Made by a program: the position numbers and the translations under genes
Source: Felis catus
Lineage: Eukaryota
Length of the DNA: 64,000 nt
Assembly (NCBI RefSeq): GCF_018350175.1
Contig: NC_058368.1
Location: forward strand, 143,346,001-143,410,000
Direction: 5' to 3'
Notes under the pieces: generated by a model
The model's database searches: none
What the model saw: only the letters and a program-made list of their open reading frames with translations
What the model was told of the DNA's origin: nothing
Part shown: positions 63,530 through 64,000 of the stretch, one piece after another
Layout: the number at the start of each line of letters is the position of its first letter
How positions within the stretch are numbered: position 1 is the stretch's first letter

Positions 63530-63666
63530 GAATCTTTTAGTCCTGCTATACAGCTGCATCTTGTACATCAAGCTCCATGTAATGTTCCTCCTTACCTCTC
63601 GAAGAATGAATCAAATCTTGGGGACCTCTTACTGGGCTTTCTTAAATATTATGCTACAGAATTTGA
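63530..63666 (+). CDS. TENT2: TENT2 exon 12: ESFSPAIQLHLVHQAPCNVPPYLSKNESNLGDLLLGFLKYYATEF(D), start of the PAP-associated domain; gene continues beyond the window
   Basis: gacag| ... TGA|gtaagt, 137 nt. Confidence 0.96.
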
Positions 63667-64000
63667 GTAAGTGAAAATTTCAAATTGTGTTTATTCATTT
63701 ATCTCTGTGAATGCTACAATTTTGGCCACAAGCTATATTTGTTAGTTTCAGTGCTACAGACTTTTCTAGAAATACACAGTTTATAAAATTTAATATTCCA
63801 ATGATTAATTGTTAGAAACTAAGTAGATTTCACATTCCTAGCTAATGAAAAATTACAGTTCAGTAAGCCCGATTTTAGTAGATTTCAGTAGCGATTTCAT
63901 TTTATGTTTACCTGCCTCTTTTCATAGCAGGGCCTGAATAAATGTTTGTGATGGCCCTGTATAGGTGCTGCATAGTTTGAAACATCTGTTTTTAGCAAGT

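Noticed and set aside
17386..63666. TENT2 as a pseudogene
   Set aside because: All exons have GT-AG boundaries with compatible phases, no stops in the joined frame, and intact catalytic aspartates.
1..64000. CRISPR array, operon or other prokaryote-type system
   Set aside because: No regularly spaced repeat-spacer structure. The DNA is a spliced mammalian gene with dispersed repeats.

Overview
Mammalian genomic DNA, most likely from a felid, judged from abundant tRNA-derived Can-SINEs of feline type and a young feline-type L1. The window holds the CpG-island promoter (~10.6-11.5 kb), a non-coding first exon and 11 coding exons of TENT2 (PAPD4/GLD2, cytoplasmic non-canonical poly(A) polymerase) on the + strand. 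Spliced by hand, these exons give one open frame of 1208 nt (402 codons + 2 nt) from ATG 17386. The GSS..DGD nucleotidyltransferase motif (D213/D215) and D279 are intact. The last exons lie beyond the window. The rest is transposable-element-rich DNA: about 30 Can-SINEs, several L1s, MaLR/ERVL LTRs, hAT and Tigger MITEs, MIR and L2. Nearly all ORFs in the supplied track are repeat-derived or spurious. I see no evidence of a wholly new biological system. The most interesting signals are regulatory: an overlapping upstream ORF whose AUG sits in a hairpin; a strong bias toward non-G(-1) GTAAGT splice donors; a cryptic donor inside exon 5; and four young SINEs in alternating orientation that could drive back-splicing, where an exon 2-4 circle would read in-frame into the uORF. 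Repeat family names and human comparisons come from recall of consensus sequences, not from a search. Repeat boundaries are approximate unless a TSD is given.
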